Source: Spirochaetota bacterium (lineage in GTDB: Bacteria; Spirochaetota; Spirochaetia; Treponematales; UBA12059). From it: a stretch of 64,000 nucleotides of DNA. The stretch is from the NCBI GenBank assembly GCA_031402655.1, contig JANNSO010000119.1, positions 72,764 through 136,763 on the forward strand, read 5' to 3'. Each line of letters begins with the position of its first letter. Position 1 is the first letter of the stretch. The translations under genes and the position numbers were made by a program. Of the stretch, positions 44,218 through 54,608 are shown in pieces. The notes beneath the pieces were generated by a model. That model made no database searches and had not been told where the DNA came from. It saw only the letters and a list, made by a program, of their open reading frames with translations.

Positions 44218-46135
44218 CAAAAAAAACCTCTCTACCCCCGTCGAATCGCCGGAAACCCGTATACTCATAGTGGAGGACGAAACCATAGTAGCCCTGGACA
44301 TGAGGGCCAGGCTCCAGAGCCTTGGTTACACGGTAGTGGGCACCGCTCCTTCCAGCGAGCTTGCCATTGCGCTTGCAAAAAAGTACGAGCCTCACCTGGT
44401 GCTTATGGATATAAAACTTCACGGCGATACCGACGGAGTCGAAACGGCGCGCAGGATCTGCAAGATACGCGAAGTTCCCGTGGTTTTCGTAACCGCTTAC
44501 ACCGATGAAAGCACGCTGCGGAACGTGCAGAGCTCGAGTTCCTACGGGTATATCGTCAAGCCCTACCACGAACGCGAATTGCGAATAGCCATCGAGCTGG
44601 CGCTGTCAAAGTTCTCCTATGAAAGAAAAATCCTCGAAGCCAAGGAAAAGGCGGAGGAGCACGATCGCGCAAAGAGTTTGTTCCTGTCGAATATCAGCCA
44701 TGAGCTTAAAACTCCCCTTAACGCGATTATAGGATTTACCGACCTTGCGGCGACACTGGCCGAGGATCCTGAGTTAAAAGAATATATCTATATGGCCAGC
44801 CGCGGAGCCAGAAAACTCGAGTCGAGCATAAACTCGCTCCTGGACTACACGAAACTGGAAAGCGGCGCGCTCGTGCCCGTATATTCGGAATTCGCCCTGG
44901 AGGACATGCTGGCGCGATCATGGGAACCATATGCAGCGGAGGCATACGGCAAGGGCCTGGCTTTGTCCCTGTGCCTGGATCCCGCTTTGCCCCAAACGCT
45001 GCACGGAGACGCCGTGCATATATCCGCCATTATAAAAAACCTGCTTGAAAACGCCGTCAAGTTTACCGAATCCGGCTATGTCAGCCTTTCTGCCCGTCGG
45101 GAAATCGTGGACGGCAAAAGCATGATGCAAATTTCAGTCGCGGACAGCGGACGAGGCATTCCCGCGGATTTTCGCGAAACGATTTTCAAGCGCTTTACCC
45201 AGTTTGACGAATCCTATACCAGGCTCGTCGGCGGCATGGGACTGGGGCTTTCCCTGGTTCAGGGTCTTGCCCATCTCCTGGATATACAATTGACCCTGCG
45301 CGAGAATCCTGCCGGCGGTACGGAATTCCAGTTGCGCATGGCTATCGATGCCAAGGCTGCCCGCTCATATCCGGAATCCGCTCAGCGATTCTATTCCTTT
45401 ACGATAGGCTTGTTCGGAATGCATCCGGAGGTGGCGAAAGGTATAGGCTTCATGGCCGAGAGTCTGGGGGCGGGTATTCTCGCCCTCGATTCGCTCACCA
45501 TCAAAAGCGGCAGCGTAAACGCCTTGTTTATCGATGTCGCATCCTGGTCGCGCTGTGGCGCGGAAGTCAGGGAGCGGTGCGTAGCCGCCGTGAAAAACGG
45601 CTTGCCGCTGCTTTTTATCGTTGGATCCCCGGGCGAACTTAAACAGAATCCCGAGCCTGGAACCCCCCAGCGCGTTTCGTATCCGCTTGGCTTGAATATT
45701 ATGTATTCGGCACTCCAAAGGGCAGCATCTGCCGTGGCTTCGGGAAAAGCCGTCGCCGACCCGTCCCCGCTGAAATATCTCGACGTTCGCATCGAAACGC
45801 CGGGGATACTCTCGCACGATAGCAATAAAAATAAACATGAAACCGCAAGTCTCGAATACGCAAAACTTTTCGATGCGGCAAAAACGGAGTTGCGGGCTTC
45901 GGCGGATATGAATTCGGCGATGCAAAACTTGTTCCTGGATATTCAGGATGCCTATATAAATGGCGACGAGGAAGCCATCGAGCGGATAGCAAAAAGACAT
46001 TACGACAACTTTTCTGAGCAAAAGGCCAGCGCATGCGCCAAGTTTACCTTGTCTGTTTTGATGGATTCGCGGAAAGGACCAGGGCCTTGGATTCGGAGTC
46101 TGCATGCACTTATGAAAAACAACCTTGGTTCTTGA
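44210..46135 (+). CDS. hybrid sensor kinase: N-terminal REC, HisKA, HATPase, plus a C-terminal extension of about 230 aa of unclear nature
   Basis: 641 aa. REC (ILIVEDE...LMDIKL...KPY), H-box FLSNISHELKTPLNAIIGF, and G-boxes DSGRGIP and GGMGLGLSLV. The C-terminal part could be a degenerate receiver plus an Hpt-like helix bundle; this is a weak inference. Confidence 0.85.
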   Translation: MHSKKNLSTPVESPETRILIVEDETIVALDMRARLQSLGYTVVGTAPSSELAIALAKKYEPHLVLMDIKLHGDTDGVETARRICKIREVPVVFVTAYTDESTLRNVQSSSSYGYIVKPYHERELRIAIELALSKFSYERKILEAKEKAEEHDRAKSLFLSNISHELKTPLNAIIGFTDLAATLAEDPELKEYIYMASRGARKLESSINSLLDYTKLESGALVPVYSEFALEDMLARSWEPYAAEAYGKGLALSLCLDPALPQTLHGDAVHISAIIKNLLENAVKFTESGYVSLSARREIVDGKSMMQISVADSGRGIPADFRETIFKRFTQFDESYTRLVGGMGLGLSLVQGLAHLLDIQLTLRENPAGGTEFQLRMAIDAKAARSYPESAQRFYSFTIGLFGMHPEVAKGIGFMAESLGAGILALDSLTIKSGSVNALFIDVASWSRCGAEVRERCVAAVKNGLPLLFIVGSPGELKQNPEPGTPQRVSYPLGLNIMYSALQRAASAVASGKAVADPSPLKYLDVRIETPGILSHDSNKNKHETASLEYAKLFDAAKTELRASADMNSAMQNLFLDIQDAYINGDEEAIERIAKRHYDNFSEQKASACAKFTLSVLMDSRKGPGPWIRSLHALMKNNLGS

Positions 46136-46151
46136 CGATAGGGAGGAAAAT

Positions 46152-46562
46152 GTGCCTAAATTTCTTGTTGTTGAGGACGATTTCGGCAGTCGTCGAATGA
46201 TGCAGAAACTATTGAAGGACTATGGCGACGTCGACGTAGTGGTGGATGGCGAGGAAGCCGTGCAGGCATTTTCGATGACCAGGGATGACGATATAAAATA
46301 TGCTGCGATTTTTTTGGATATCATGATGCCCAGGATGGATGGGCACGAGGCATTGAAGAGAATACGCGCCATGGAAAAAGAGCTTGGGGTAAACCCCGCC
46401 AGTGAAGTAAAGATAATTATGACCACCGTACTGGAAGATCCGAGGAATGTCGTGGATGCATATTTCAGCGGCGGAGCGACCTCCTATCTGGTCAAGCCGG
46501 TAGACAGGCTTAAAGTGCGTTCCGAGATGCAAAAGCTGGGCTTCCTGCCGGTTATAGGCTAG
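46152..46562 (+). CDS. single-domain response regulator (REC only)
   Basis: GTG at 46152 is preceded by GGAGG (track ORF starts at 46125). FLVVEDD, FLDIMMPRMDG and YLVKP motifs. Confidence 0.8.
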   Translation: MPKFLVVEDDFGSRRMMQKLLKDYGDVDVVVDGEEAVQAFSMTRDDDIKYAAIFLDIMMPRMDGHEALKRIRAMEKELGVNPASEVKIIMTTVLEDPRNVVDAYFSGGATSYLVKPVDRLKVRSEMQKLGFLPVIG

Positions 46563-46572
46563 GTATTATACA

Positions 46573-48042
46573 ATGAATAAAAATGTACGTATCGCAATTT
46601 GCGAGGATGAGCGGATCGTTTCGCTTGACATTGCTAAATTCCTCGAGCGTAACGGCTATGAATGCGCCGGTTCCTTCGATTCCGCCGAGGGATTGCTTCA
46701 ATACCTTGAGATGGAGAAGCCGGATCTGGTTTTGATGGACATCCATTTAAAAGGCAAAATGGACGGCATAGAGGCGTCTTCCATAATATTTACCAGGTTC
46801 ATGATTCCGGTGATTCTGCTTACAGCCTATGCCGATACGGCCACCATCGAGCGAGCCAAGATTACCCAGCCTTATGCCTACGTGCTCAAGCCTTATGACG
46901 AGCGGGAGCTTAAAACCGCCATAGAACTTGGCTTGTACCGTGCGACGATGGAACGTAAACTGCGCGATAGCGAGGCTTTGTACCGCGGCTTGTTTTCCGG
47001 CGGCCTTACCGCGCAATGCCTGATATCGGGCGATGGCATCATAAGCGAAAAAAACCAGGCTTTTTCCGCCCTGGCAGGTGTCGGCGAGGGCATCGTGCTT
47101 TTTAATGACCTTATTCCCGAGCCGGAATTCCGAGGGCATGTCGACGCCTGCCTGTCCAAGGGCCACGGAATGCCGGTACGCGAAACGGTGCTTCAGGCAA
47201 TAACGGGAGTAAAGAAAAATATACTGGTTAGCCTTACCCCGCTTAATCTTTTTTCGGGCTCCCTTTCGTTTCTCTGCCAGGCTATAGACATAAGCGAACG
47301 GCACGAACTCATGAAGCAGTTGCTGCAATCGCAAAAAATGGACGCATTGGGCAGGCTTTCGAGCAGCGTCGCCCACGATTTCAACAATATCCTGACGGCG
47401 ATAATTGGTTATGCGCGAATGCTGGAAACCGAGTTTCCCGATGATTCGCCCTCCCAGGGAGATATTGACGGAATAATCCAGACGGCAAATCGAGCTTCCA
47501 CGCTTACGCGCAGGCTTCTGATGTTTGCCCGTGCCGAAAATTCGGAACCGGTTCATATTTCGCTGCATGAATTATGCGGGGACATGGTGCAAATGCTGGC
47601 TCATCTCCTAGGCAGCGATACGCATCTGAATCTCGTGTCAGAGGGCACTTCCGACAATGTGTTCATTGACCGCTCGCGGATGGAACAGGTTGTCATGAAC
47701 CTTTGCGTCAACGCCAGGGATGCGACTCCCGGCGGCGGAATCATAGAGCTTACGACGGGCATCGTTAACCTGAGCGAAAAAATAATGGGAGCGGTAATGG
47801 AAATTCCCGAAGGCGCCTGGGTTTTTATGAGCGTCGAGGACCACGGTTCGGGTATGGACGAGTCGATCATACATCATGTGTTCGAGCCGTTTTTTACCAC
47901 GAAATCGCGGGAAACGGGCACGGGTCTGGGCTTGTCCACCGTCCTTGGCATAGTGCAAAGCGCTCATGGCTACATCGATGTAAATAGCAAGAAGAATTCG
48001 GGTTCCAAATTTACGGTATATTTGCCGCTTGTAGGTTGTTGA
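46573..48042 (+). CDS. REC-PAS-HisKA-HATPase sensor kinase
   Basis: 489 aa. The N-terminal REC is paralogous to that of 44210..46135. A PAS-like middle region is followed by H-box SSVAHDFNNILTAIIGY and an ATPase with DHGSGM and GTGLGLS. Confidence 0.85.
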   Translation: MNKNVRIAICEDERIVSLDIAKFLERNGYECAGSFDSAEGLLQYLEMEKPDLVLMDIHLKGKMDGIEASSIIFTRFMIPVILLTAYADTATIERAKITQPYAYVLKPYDERELKTAIELGLYRATMERKLRDSEALYRGLFSGGLTAQCLISGDGIISEKNQAFSALAGVGEGIVLFNDLIPEPEFRGHVDACLSKGHGMPVRETVLQAITGVKKNILVSLTPLNLFSGSLSFLCQAIDISERHELMKQLLQSQKMDALGRLSSSVAHDFNNILTAIIGYARMLETEFPDDSPSQGDIDGIIQTANRASTLTRRLLMFARAENSEPVHISLHELCGDMVQMLAHLLGSDTHLNLVSEGTSDNVFIDRSRMEQVVMNLCVNARDATPGGGIIELTTGIVNLSEKIMGAVMEIPEGAWVFMSVEDHGSGMDESIIHHVFEPFFTTKSRETGTGLGLSTVLGIVQSAHGYIDVNSKKNSGSKFTVYLPLVGC

Positions 48043-48045
48043 AGC

Positions 48046-48762
48046 CTAGTCTCTGTTCAGGATTGCGGCATACAACAGTGCTTCTATTCCGGCCGCGGCC
48101 GGACTGGCAAACGCGCGGTTTTCCCTGTCGAGTGCTACCCGGTGGGTTTCCTGCACCCGCGAGGGCTTATCGCTTAGGGTAATTATTGTATCACCGAGGT
48201 AAATCGCCTCGCGGACGTCATGCGTAACCACCAATGCGGTACGCCCGTCTTTGCGCCTGACTTCGAGAAAAGCATCCATTACCCCAATCCGCGTCCTAAG
48301 GTCAAGGGAGCTGAACGGCTCGTCCAGCAGCATTACCGATGAAGGGGAGGCAAAAGCCCGCGCCAGGGAAACCCTTCGTTTCATGCCTCCGGACAACTGG
48401 CTTGGAAACATGCGGCTATCCCCGGAAAGACCCATGGCCGACAGCACCTCCGCTGCCTTGATCCTGCGTTCCGGCTCCGCCATATACGGCTTCAATATAA
48501 AGGAAACATTGTCTTCGGCGCTCATCCAGGGCAGAAGCCTGTCCTCCTGGAATACGCAGCTTACGCCAGCCAAGGAAAAATCGCCGATGCTTCCCTCATA
48601 CTCTTTGTCGATGCCGGCCAATATGTTAAGGAGGCTCGTCTTGCCGCAGCCCGAGGGGCCGAGGAGGACGGTTATCTCTCCGGGATTGCAGCGCAGGTCT
48701 ATCCCGTCCAATATCCGGAGCGATGCATAAGATTTGCGCAGATTCGTTATGCTGTAGTCCAC
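48046..48762 (-). CDS. ABC transporter ATP-binding protein (NitT/TauT-type importer)
   Basis: Preferred GTG start at 48762 (VDYSITNLRKSY) with an AAGGAAG SD. Walker A GPSGCGKTS, signature LSGGMKRR, Walker B LLDEPFS. Confidence 0.88.
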   Translation of the reverse strand: MDYSITNLRKSYASLRILDGIDLRCNPGEITVLLGPSGCGKTSLLNILAGIDKEYEGSIGDFSLAGVSCVFQEDRLLPWMSAEDNVSFILKPYMAEPERRIKAAEVLSAMGLSGDSRMFPSQLSGGMKRRVSLARAFASPSSVMLLDEPFSSLDLRTRIGVMDAFLEVRRKDGRTALVVTHDVREAIYLGDTIITLSDKPSRVQETHRVALDRENRAFASPAAAGIEALLYAAILNRD

Positions 48763-49520
48763 TTGAGCTTCCTTGCCGCAAGGGCGAAAATAGCGTCCGA
48801 GACGGAGCAGAGCACTATGCCCGCCGCGGCCCATGCGAATACTTCGATAGTCTCAAGATTGAGCCGCGCGGTCTGCATGCCTGTTCCGAGGGCCAGCTTG
48901 GGCTGGCTTAGGATTTCGCCGGCAATGACTACCTTCCATGCCAGGCCAAGGGAGTTGCGCGCAGCCGCCACGATATGGGGCAGTGCGGATGGGAACCGTA
49001 TCTTCCACAGGATGTCCGCCTTCGATACCCTGAAGGAAACGGCCATGGAAACGAGATTCCTGTCCACACAGCGGACGCCTCCCGCGACATCGGAGAGTAC
49101 CACGGGAAATGCCATGAGCACGGCGGAGAATACGGGCACGATGTCATCGGGAAACCAAATCAGAGCGATAAGTATAATGGCGAGTACCGGCGTAGCCCGG
49201 ATTATAGCCATGAGCGGAGAAACAAGCCTTGCGAAGCGGGGCGACATCGCCGTAAAAAAGCCGAGAGCCGAACCGATGGCCATTGAAATAAAGAACGCTG
49301 CGAGCCCTCGAATGGCGGTGAAGGCAAGCGCGCCAAGGAATCGGGGGGCAAGGCAGAGCCTGACGAAAGTTAATAATACTTTATCGGGAGCCGGTAGGAT
49401 TATGTCCTTGCCGATTCCAAGCGAGGCGAGTTTCCAGATGGAGAGCAGCACGGCGAAGCCCAGAAGGTAATCGCCGGTGTTACCCGGCCCCTTAGTTTTT
49501 TCCATCGGAAAGATCGGCAT
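48747..49520 (-). CDS. ABC transporter permease (NitT/TauT-type)
   Basis: 257 aa, six TM segments, BPD-transporter-like loop. The start could instead be at 49505 (MEKTKG). Confidence 0.85.
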   Translation of the reverse strand: MPIFPMEKTKGPGNTGDYLLGFAVLLSIWKLASLGIGKDIILPAPDKVLLTFVRLCLAPRFLGALAFTAIRGLAAFFISMAIGSALGFFTAMSPRFARLVSPLMAIIRATPVLAIILIALIWFPDDIVPVFSAVLMAFPVVLSDVAGGVRCVDRNLVSMAVSFRVSKADILWKIRFPSALPHIVAAARNSLGLAWKVVIAGEILSQPKLALGTGMQTARLNLETIEVFAWAAAGIVLCSVSDAIFALAARKLKWTTA

Positions 49521-50499
49521 AGAAAGATGGAGGCGGCAGTTTGGAGCCGATCGACGCGGGAGATGAGGCCATGAATATTTCCAGTAGTCCGCTTACGGCG
49601 GCTCTTGACTTGCCGGATTTGATGAATACGTAATTGGAAACCGGAATCGCGGCGCTTGCGATGGGAGCCTTGAGTCCCAGCTCGAATGCCTCTACCAGCG
49701 TTCCTGCCTCCAGAGGGTCTGCAAGCACTTTTTTTATGGATTGTTCATAGGCATCAAGGAACGCCTTAACAGCGAGCGGACGTTCCTTGATGAGAGAGCC
49801 TTTGGCGACGAGTACCGTCATCGGATAATCATCCTGTCCGCTTGCGGCCTTCCAGAGGGGCAACACGGGGAAGGCGTCGCGCAGATCCTTGTTTCCCCGG
49901 AGGGCCATGGTGGCAAATGGTTCGGGTAGCAGCGCGTTGGAAATTCGGCCCGCTATCAAACTGGCGGCTATCTCCGGATAGGCCATATTGAATATGAGCT
50001 TTATTGCGGTATCGGTATCTATCCCCTCGTTTTTCAGTATGGTTCGAAGAATGAATTCCGGAGTTGCGCCCTGGCCAGCAACGTATAGCTCTTTTCCCCG
50101 CAGATCGGAAATACCCGTAACTGATGCATCGGCCGAAACAAGCTTCAGCATGCCGTTTCCTACGACAGCGAGCATCGGATAGTCGATGCCGGAATTGTAT
50201 AGTTTTGCCGCCATGTTAACGGGAAGGACTGCGACATCCAGCTCGCCCGAAAGCAGTTTTGCGGCGATGGCGTCGGCGGAAGCGTAGGCTTCCACTGTAA
50301 GCGATACGTTTTGGGGCAAAGCGGGCGGCTGAGAAAAAAGATGGATCATTCCAATTCCGCTGGGACCTTTTATGGTTCCCGCCGTAATTTCGAGCTGGGG
50401 AAGGCTTGCCTGGAGAGTCGACCCTTCCTTTCCGCCGAGGGAGAATAGCTGGAGGGAACAAAGCGCCAGTACGGCAAAGAGCGATAGGCAACGTTTCAT
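49492..50499 (-). CDS. ABC transporter periplasmic substrate-binding protein (NMT1/sulfonate-like fold)
   Basis: 335 aa. Signal peptide MKRCLSLFAVLALCSLQLFS. It is the first gene of the three-gene importer operon. The substrate cannot be inferred. Confidence 0.75.
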   Translation of the reverse strand: MKRCLSLFAVLALCSLQLFSLGGKEGSTLQASLPQLEITAGTIKGPSGIGMIHLFSQPPALPQNVSLTVEAYASADAIAAKLLSGELDVAVLPVNMAAKLYNSGIDYPMLAVVGNGMLKLVSADASVTGISDLRGKELYVAGQGATPEFILRTILKNEGIDTDTAIKLIFNMAYPEIAASLIAGRISNALLPEPFATMALRGNKDLRDAFPVLPLWKAASGQDDYPMTVLVAKGSLIKERPLAVKAFLDAYEQSIKKVLADPLEAGTLVEAFELGLKAPIASAAIPVSNYVFIKSGKSRAAVSGLLEIFMASSPASIGSKLPPPSFYADLSDGKN

Positions 50500-50550
50500 C
50501 GTGTTTCCTTTCTGGTTTTCGGGCGTACATGAGTTTTTATCTTTACACTA

Positions 50551-50658
50551 GGGGACCTCGAAAAACTTCAGTTTTGCGAGGTCGACCATCAAAAAACCTG
50601 ATTCCAGTAAGGGATCAGTTAGGCGCCTCCGACAACCAACAGGGTTATTGGAGGCGCC
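50551..50658 (+). repeat. repeat family B, copy B4 (full length, three hairpins)
   Basis: Aligns with 10229..10336. It lies in the divergent intergenic region between the ABC importer and mcsA. Confidence 0.85.
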
Positions 50659-50736
50659 AACTATAAGGTACCGCGAAAAACCCATGTTTTTCAAGGTGCC
50701 CTATATTATTTGCCGTAAATTTATTATAGTATCGGT

Positions 50737-51027
50737 ATGAGCGATAAAAGCTGCCCCTCCTGCGGCATGACGATAGAAAGCGTCAGGAAGCATGGCCTCA
50801 TAGGTTGTGAGTTTTGTCTCAGGGAATTCCGGTCCGAGATAGTGATGCAATTTCGCAGGAGCGGTCATGGATTCAACTATTCCGGCAAGATGCCGCTTTC
50901 CATAAAAAACAACGAATTGACGATGCTCGGGAAAGAACTTGAAAGCGCCGTAAACAACGATGATTTTGAACGCGCGGCCATTCTGCGCGACTCGATCAAT
51001 AAAATTCAGGCGGATGCGGCGAAATGA
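50737..51027 (+). CDS. mcsA: McsA-like protein (one Cys4 zinc finger plus a UVR motif)
   Basis: 96 aa. CPSCG...CEFC, then LGKELESAVNNDDFERAAILRDSINKI (UvrB/UvrC-type motif). It overlaps the mcsB-like gene by 4 nt. Confidence 0.7.
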   Translation: MSDKSCPSCGMTIESVRKHGLIGCEFCLREFRSEIVMQFRRSGHGFNYSGKMPLSIKNNELTMLGKELESAVNNDDFERAAILRDSINKIQADAAK

Positions 51028-52073
51028 GCAGGTTCTTCCAGCAGGCGCAAGATGATTCCTCCGTCCATCCTGGCGATTTCGATGTCGTGCTCCATTCCCG
51101 TGTCGGCCTTTCCCGGAACCTTTCGGCTTATCTCTTCGCACCCAGGATAGACCCCGAACAAAAACAAATTCTTCTTTCGGCGCTGCGAAAAAAACTGGTC
51201 GCATGCGGTCTTACTTTTTATAGGATACTCGAGCTTAGCGATGCACGGCGCGCTTTGCTCATAGACCGTGATTTTTTGCCTCGGGCTTTTGCGGTGGATG
51301 AGTCCAGCTCTTTGGCGCTTTCGGAAGATGAGCCTTTATGGGTGCTTTGCTTGGAAAGGGATCATGTCCTGGTGCAGGCGCAAAAAGATGGATTGGCGCT
51401 TCGGGAAGCCTGGAATTGCGTAAGGGAAACGGAGGAACGGCTTGGCTCCGATTGTGTATGGGCCTTTGATGCGGATTTTGGGTTTTTAACGAGCGATATA
51501 CAGAAGATCGGTACCGGATTATCGGCTTCGGTTTCGGTACACCTGCCTGCGCTTGAATTAGGCGGTTTTATAGAAAAAGCCTGCAAACAAGCTCTTGACG
51601 CCGGTTTTACCATCGGCGGAATGTATGGTTCGGGGGGCGTATCCGGTGGGGCACTGTACGAAATAGCGCTTCCCCAAGGATTTATGGACGCCGAAACAGT
51701 AGCGCTTGACAGGCTTGAACGAGCAACGAAATTATTGGTCGGGTATGAACGCAGCGCGCGAAATGAACTCCTGGAATCAGGATCCTGGGAGCTTTTCGAC
51801 TTTATTGGCAGGGCTGTAGGGCGCGCGCTGCACGCACACAGCGTAAGTTGGGACGAATGCGCGGAAATAGTATCCGGCATCAGGTTGGGTTTAAGCATAA
51901 AAGTGCTCGCGGGTATGGACGACAGCCGTGCCAGTGCCTTATTCTATAAAGTAAGGAATGTTCCTTTGTCAAAAGATCAAAATCAAAGGACGCCTGAACA
52001 TGTGACTCGCGCAGCCTTGCTGCGAAACTCTGTGCGTGGATTACATTTTTCCGAGAGGTACAAAGATGTTTAA
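51024..52073 (+). CDS. mcsB: McsB-like ATP:guanido phosphotransferase homologue (signature residues substituted)
   Basis: 349 aa. Colinear with B. subtilis McsB as I recall it: VVLHSRVGLSRNL, LERDHVLVQ, FGFLTSDIQKIGTGLSASVSVHLPAL and GGMYGSGG. Confidence 0.7.
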   Translation: MSRFFQQAQDDSSVHPGDFDVVLHSRVGLSRNLSAYLFAPRIDPEQKQILLSALRKKLVACGLTFYRILELSDARRALLIDRDFLPRAFAVDESSSLALSEDEPLWVLCLERDHVLVQAQKDGLALREAWNCVRETEERLGSDCVWAFDADFGFLTSDIQKIGTGLSASVSVHLPALELGGFIEKACKQALDAGFTIGGMYGSGGVSGGALYEIALPQGFMDAETVALDRLERATKLLVGYERSARNELLESGSWELFDFIGRAVGRALHAHSVSWDECAEIVSGIRLGLSIKVLAGMDDSRASALFYKVRNVPLSKDQNQRTPEHVTRAALLRNSVRGLHFSERYKDV

Positions 52074-54573
52074 AGGCTTGACCAAGAGAGCGCAGCGCAT
52101 CCTGACTATACTAGCCCAGGAAGAGGCAAAGCGCTTTCACGCATCCGAACTGAGTCCGGAGCATGTGCTTCTGGCAATTCTCCATTCCGTCGAAGGTTCG
52201 GGTTATAAGCTGGTCGAAACCCTGAAAATCGATATTCATGAGTTGGTTCTGGAGCTCGAGCGCAATGCCATAAGCCGCAAGGGCGGCTTTATCTTGGGCG
52301 ACGCGCCTTTATCGCGGAGGCTCAAGAGCATGCTCGAGGCCGCCGCCGAGGAAGCACGGCTTATGGAATGCGAATATATCGGCAGCGAGCATCTGGTCGT
52401 CGCATCCGCGCGGGAGACAGGTTCTGCCTTCGAGGGACTCCTTGGGCGCTACGGTATTTTTTACGAGCAGCTGCGCGGGGCACTTCGCCTGATAGTGGCT
52501 TCGGGCGAAGAGCGGACCACCAAAGCGCGCATAGTCATGCAGAATCAGATTCTGCCAGGCGCACAGCACAAAGCTGCGCAGGAGGCTCCCACGCCGCTCC
52601 TGAACGAACATTCCCGAGACCTGACGGCCCGGGCGCGGGAAGACAAAATAGACCCGGTGATCGGCCGTAACACCGAAACAACCCGGCTTATACGCATACT
52701 ATCCCGGCGCACCAAGAATAACCCCGTGCTTATCGGCGACCCCGGCGTCGGCAAGACCGCGATCGTAGAAGGCCTTGCCCTCCGCATCGCGCGCGCCGAG
52801 GTTCCTGTCGGGCTGCTCAATAAGCGGCTCATGGTACTCGACGTCGCCTCGATAGTGGCGGGAACGAAATACCGCGGCGAATTCGAGGAACGGCTAAAGC
52901 GCATCATGAAGGAAATCGCGGCGGCGGGCAATGTCATACTGTTCATCGACGAATTGCATACGATTATCGGGGCGGGCAGCGCCGAAGGCACGATCGACGC
53001 TTCCAATATGCTGAAACCCGCATTATCCCGTGGGGAACTGCAATGCATCGGAGCCACTACCCTGGACGAATACCGCAAGTACTTCGAGAAGGATGCCGCG
53101 CTGGAGCGGCGTTTCCAGACGGTGCTCGTCGAGGAACCCGACACGCTCATGAGCATACAGATACTCAACGGCATCAAGGAACGCTACGAGCGCTTCCATT
53201 GCGTGCGCTATTCACCCGAGGCCATCGAGGCATCGGTAGCATACGCCAAGCGCTACATCAGCGAGCGCTGCATGCCCGACAAGGCCATCGACGTGATGGA
53301 TGAGGCAGGCGCACGCAAGAAGATAGAAAATGTCGAGTCCATTCCCGAGCTTGGCGTAATAGAAGAAGAGATACGCAAGCTCACGGAAGAAAAGCTGGCC
53401 CTCGTTTCCACGCAGAATTACGAACGAGCCGCCCATATCCGCGACAGCGTCAAGGCGCTTCGCCTGGAACTCGATGAACTCAAGGCCAGGCAGCTGTCAC
53501 TGAACGGCAAAGGCGTGGCATGGGTTAACCATGACGACATCCGCGCAGTGGTGTCCGAAATTACGGGGATTCCCCTGGAACGGATAGCCGAAGGCGAGTC
53601 GGGCCGATTGATCAACATGGAAAGCGAACTGCACAAGAAAATAGTAGGGCAAGACGCGGCGGTAGAGGCTTTGGCCCAGGCCGTACGACGTGCGCGCGCA
53701 GGCATCGGCGACGCCAAACGGCCATTGGGGTCGTTTATCTTTTTGGGACCCACCGGAGTCGGCAAGACATTGCTGGCAAAAACCCTGGCAGAAACGCTTT
53801 TTGGAAGCCAGGATGCGCTTATTCGCGTGGATATGTCCGATTTTATGGAGAAACACAACGCATCCCGCCTCGTGGGGGCGCCGCCGGGCTACGTAGGCTA
53901 CGACGAGGGCGGAATGCTAACCGAGCGCGTGCGCCGCAAGCCATACAGCGTTGTGCTTTTCGACGAGATAGAAAAAGCCCATCCGGACGTATTCAACCTG
54001 CTGCTGCAGCTTCTCGAAGAGGGGGAGCTGCGCGATAACCTGGGCCACGTCGTGTCGTTCCGCAACTGCGTGATTATAATGACCAGCAACGCCGGCACAA
54101 GGGATATAACCCGGGGCACGAGGCTGGGATTCGGAGCCGAGGCATTCCGTTTCGATTACCAGAGCGTCAAGACGGCAGCCCTTGCGGAGCTCAAGCGCAT
54201 CTTCAACCCGGAGTTCATAAACCGGGTGGACGAGCTCGTGGTATTCCACCCCCTGAATAAAGACCAGGTAACCAGCGTCCTCCAATTGGAGCTCAACGGC
54301 CTGCGTCAGAGGCTCGCGGAGCGGGGAGTCTCCCTGGATCTGGACCGCAAGGCTACCGAGCAGCTGGTGGAAAAAGGCTATGATGCCGCTTACGGAGCCC
54401 GCCCGATGCGGAGGCTCATTACCAAGGAGCTCGAGGATCCGATAGCCACATTCATGGTGTCAGGCGAATGTCCGCCAGGGGCCACGATAAAAGTCCGGCT
54501 CAAGGATGACGCCCTGAGCCTGAAGGTTAGCATGCCTTCCAAAAAGGTCGATGACGAAGTAGCCAAGACTTGA
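52066..54573 (+). CDS. clpC: ATP-dependent Clp protease ATP-binding subunit ClpC
   Basis: Start is [24 protein letters not shown] (Clp_N repeats). There are two AAA+ modules ([16 protein letters not shown]) with a UVR motif between them. Confidence 0.93.
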   Translation: MFKGLTKRAQRILTILAQEEAKRFHASELSPEHVLLAILHSVEGSGYKLVETLKIDIHELVLELERNAISRKGGFILGDAPLSRRLKSMLEAAAEEARLMECEYIGSEHLVVASARETGSAFEGLLGRYGIFYEQLRGALRLIVASGEERTTKARIVMQNQILPGAQHKAAQEAPTPLLNEHSRDLTARAREDKIDPVIGRNTETTRLIRILSRRTKNNPVLIGDPGVGKTAIVEGLALRIARAEVPVGLLNKRLMVLDVASIVAGTKYRGEFEERLKRIMKEIAAAGNVILFIDELHTIIGAGSAEGTIDASNMLKPALSRGELQCIGATTLDEYRKYFEKDAALERRFQTVLVEEPDTLMSIQILNGIKERYERFHCVRYSPEAIEASVAYAKRYISERCMPDKAIDVMDEAGARKKIENVESIPELGVIEEEIRKLTEEKLALVSTQNYERAAHIRDSVKALRLELDELKARQLSLNGKGVAWVNHDDIRAVVSEITGIPLERIAEGESGRLINMESELHKKIVGQDAAVEALAQAVRRARAGIGDAKRPLGSFIFLGPTGVGKTLLAKTLAETLFGSQDALIRVDMSDFMEKHNASRLVGAPPGYVGYDEGGMLTERVRRKPYSVVLFDEIEKAHPDVFNLLLQLLEEGELRDNLGHVVSFRNCVIIMTSNAGTRDITRGTRLGFGAEAFRFDYQSVKTAALAELKRIFNPEFINRVDELVVFHPLNKDQVTSVLQLELNGLRQRLAERGVSLDLDRKATEQLVEKGYDAAYGARPMRRLITKELEDPIATFMVSGECPPGATIKVRLKDDALSLKVSMPSKKVDDEVAKT

Positions 54574-54576
54574 TAC

Positions 54577-54607
54577 CGCGCCTAAGCGCGCCGCGCCATT
54601 AGGCGCG
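54577..54607. terminator. 9-bp GC-rich hairpin between convergent clpC and the NFACT gene (no U-tract)
   Basis: CGCGCCTAA-13 nt loop-TTAGGCGCG. Confidence 0.35.
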
Positions 54608-54608
54608 A

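Noticed and set aside
48040-48048. The convergent stop codons of the REC-PAS kinase and the ABC ATPase are only 3 nt apart, with no terminator.
   Set aside because: Tight convergent packing is common in compact genomes, and no specific function can be argued from sequence alone.
50640-50736. Looked for a CtsR operator (GGTCAAA direct repeat) or CIRCE (TTAGCACTC-N9-GAGTGCTAA) upstream of mcsA.
   Set aside because: Neither is present. Only family-B hairpins and an AT-rich stretch are found.
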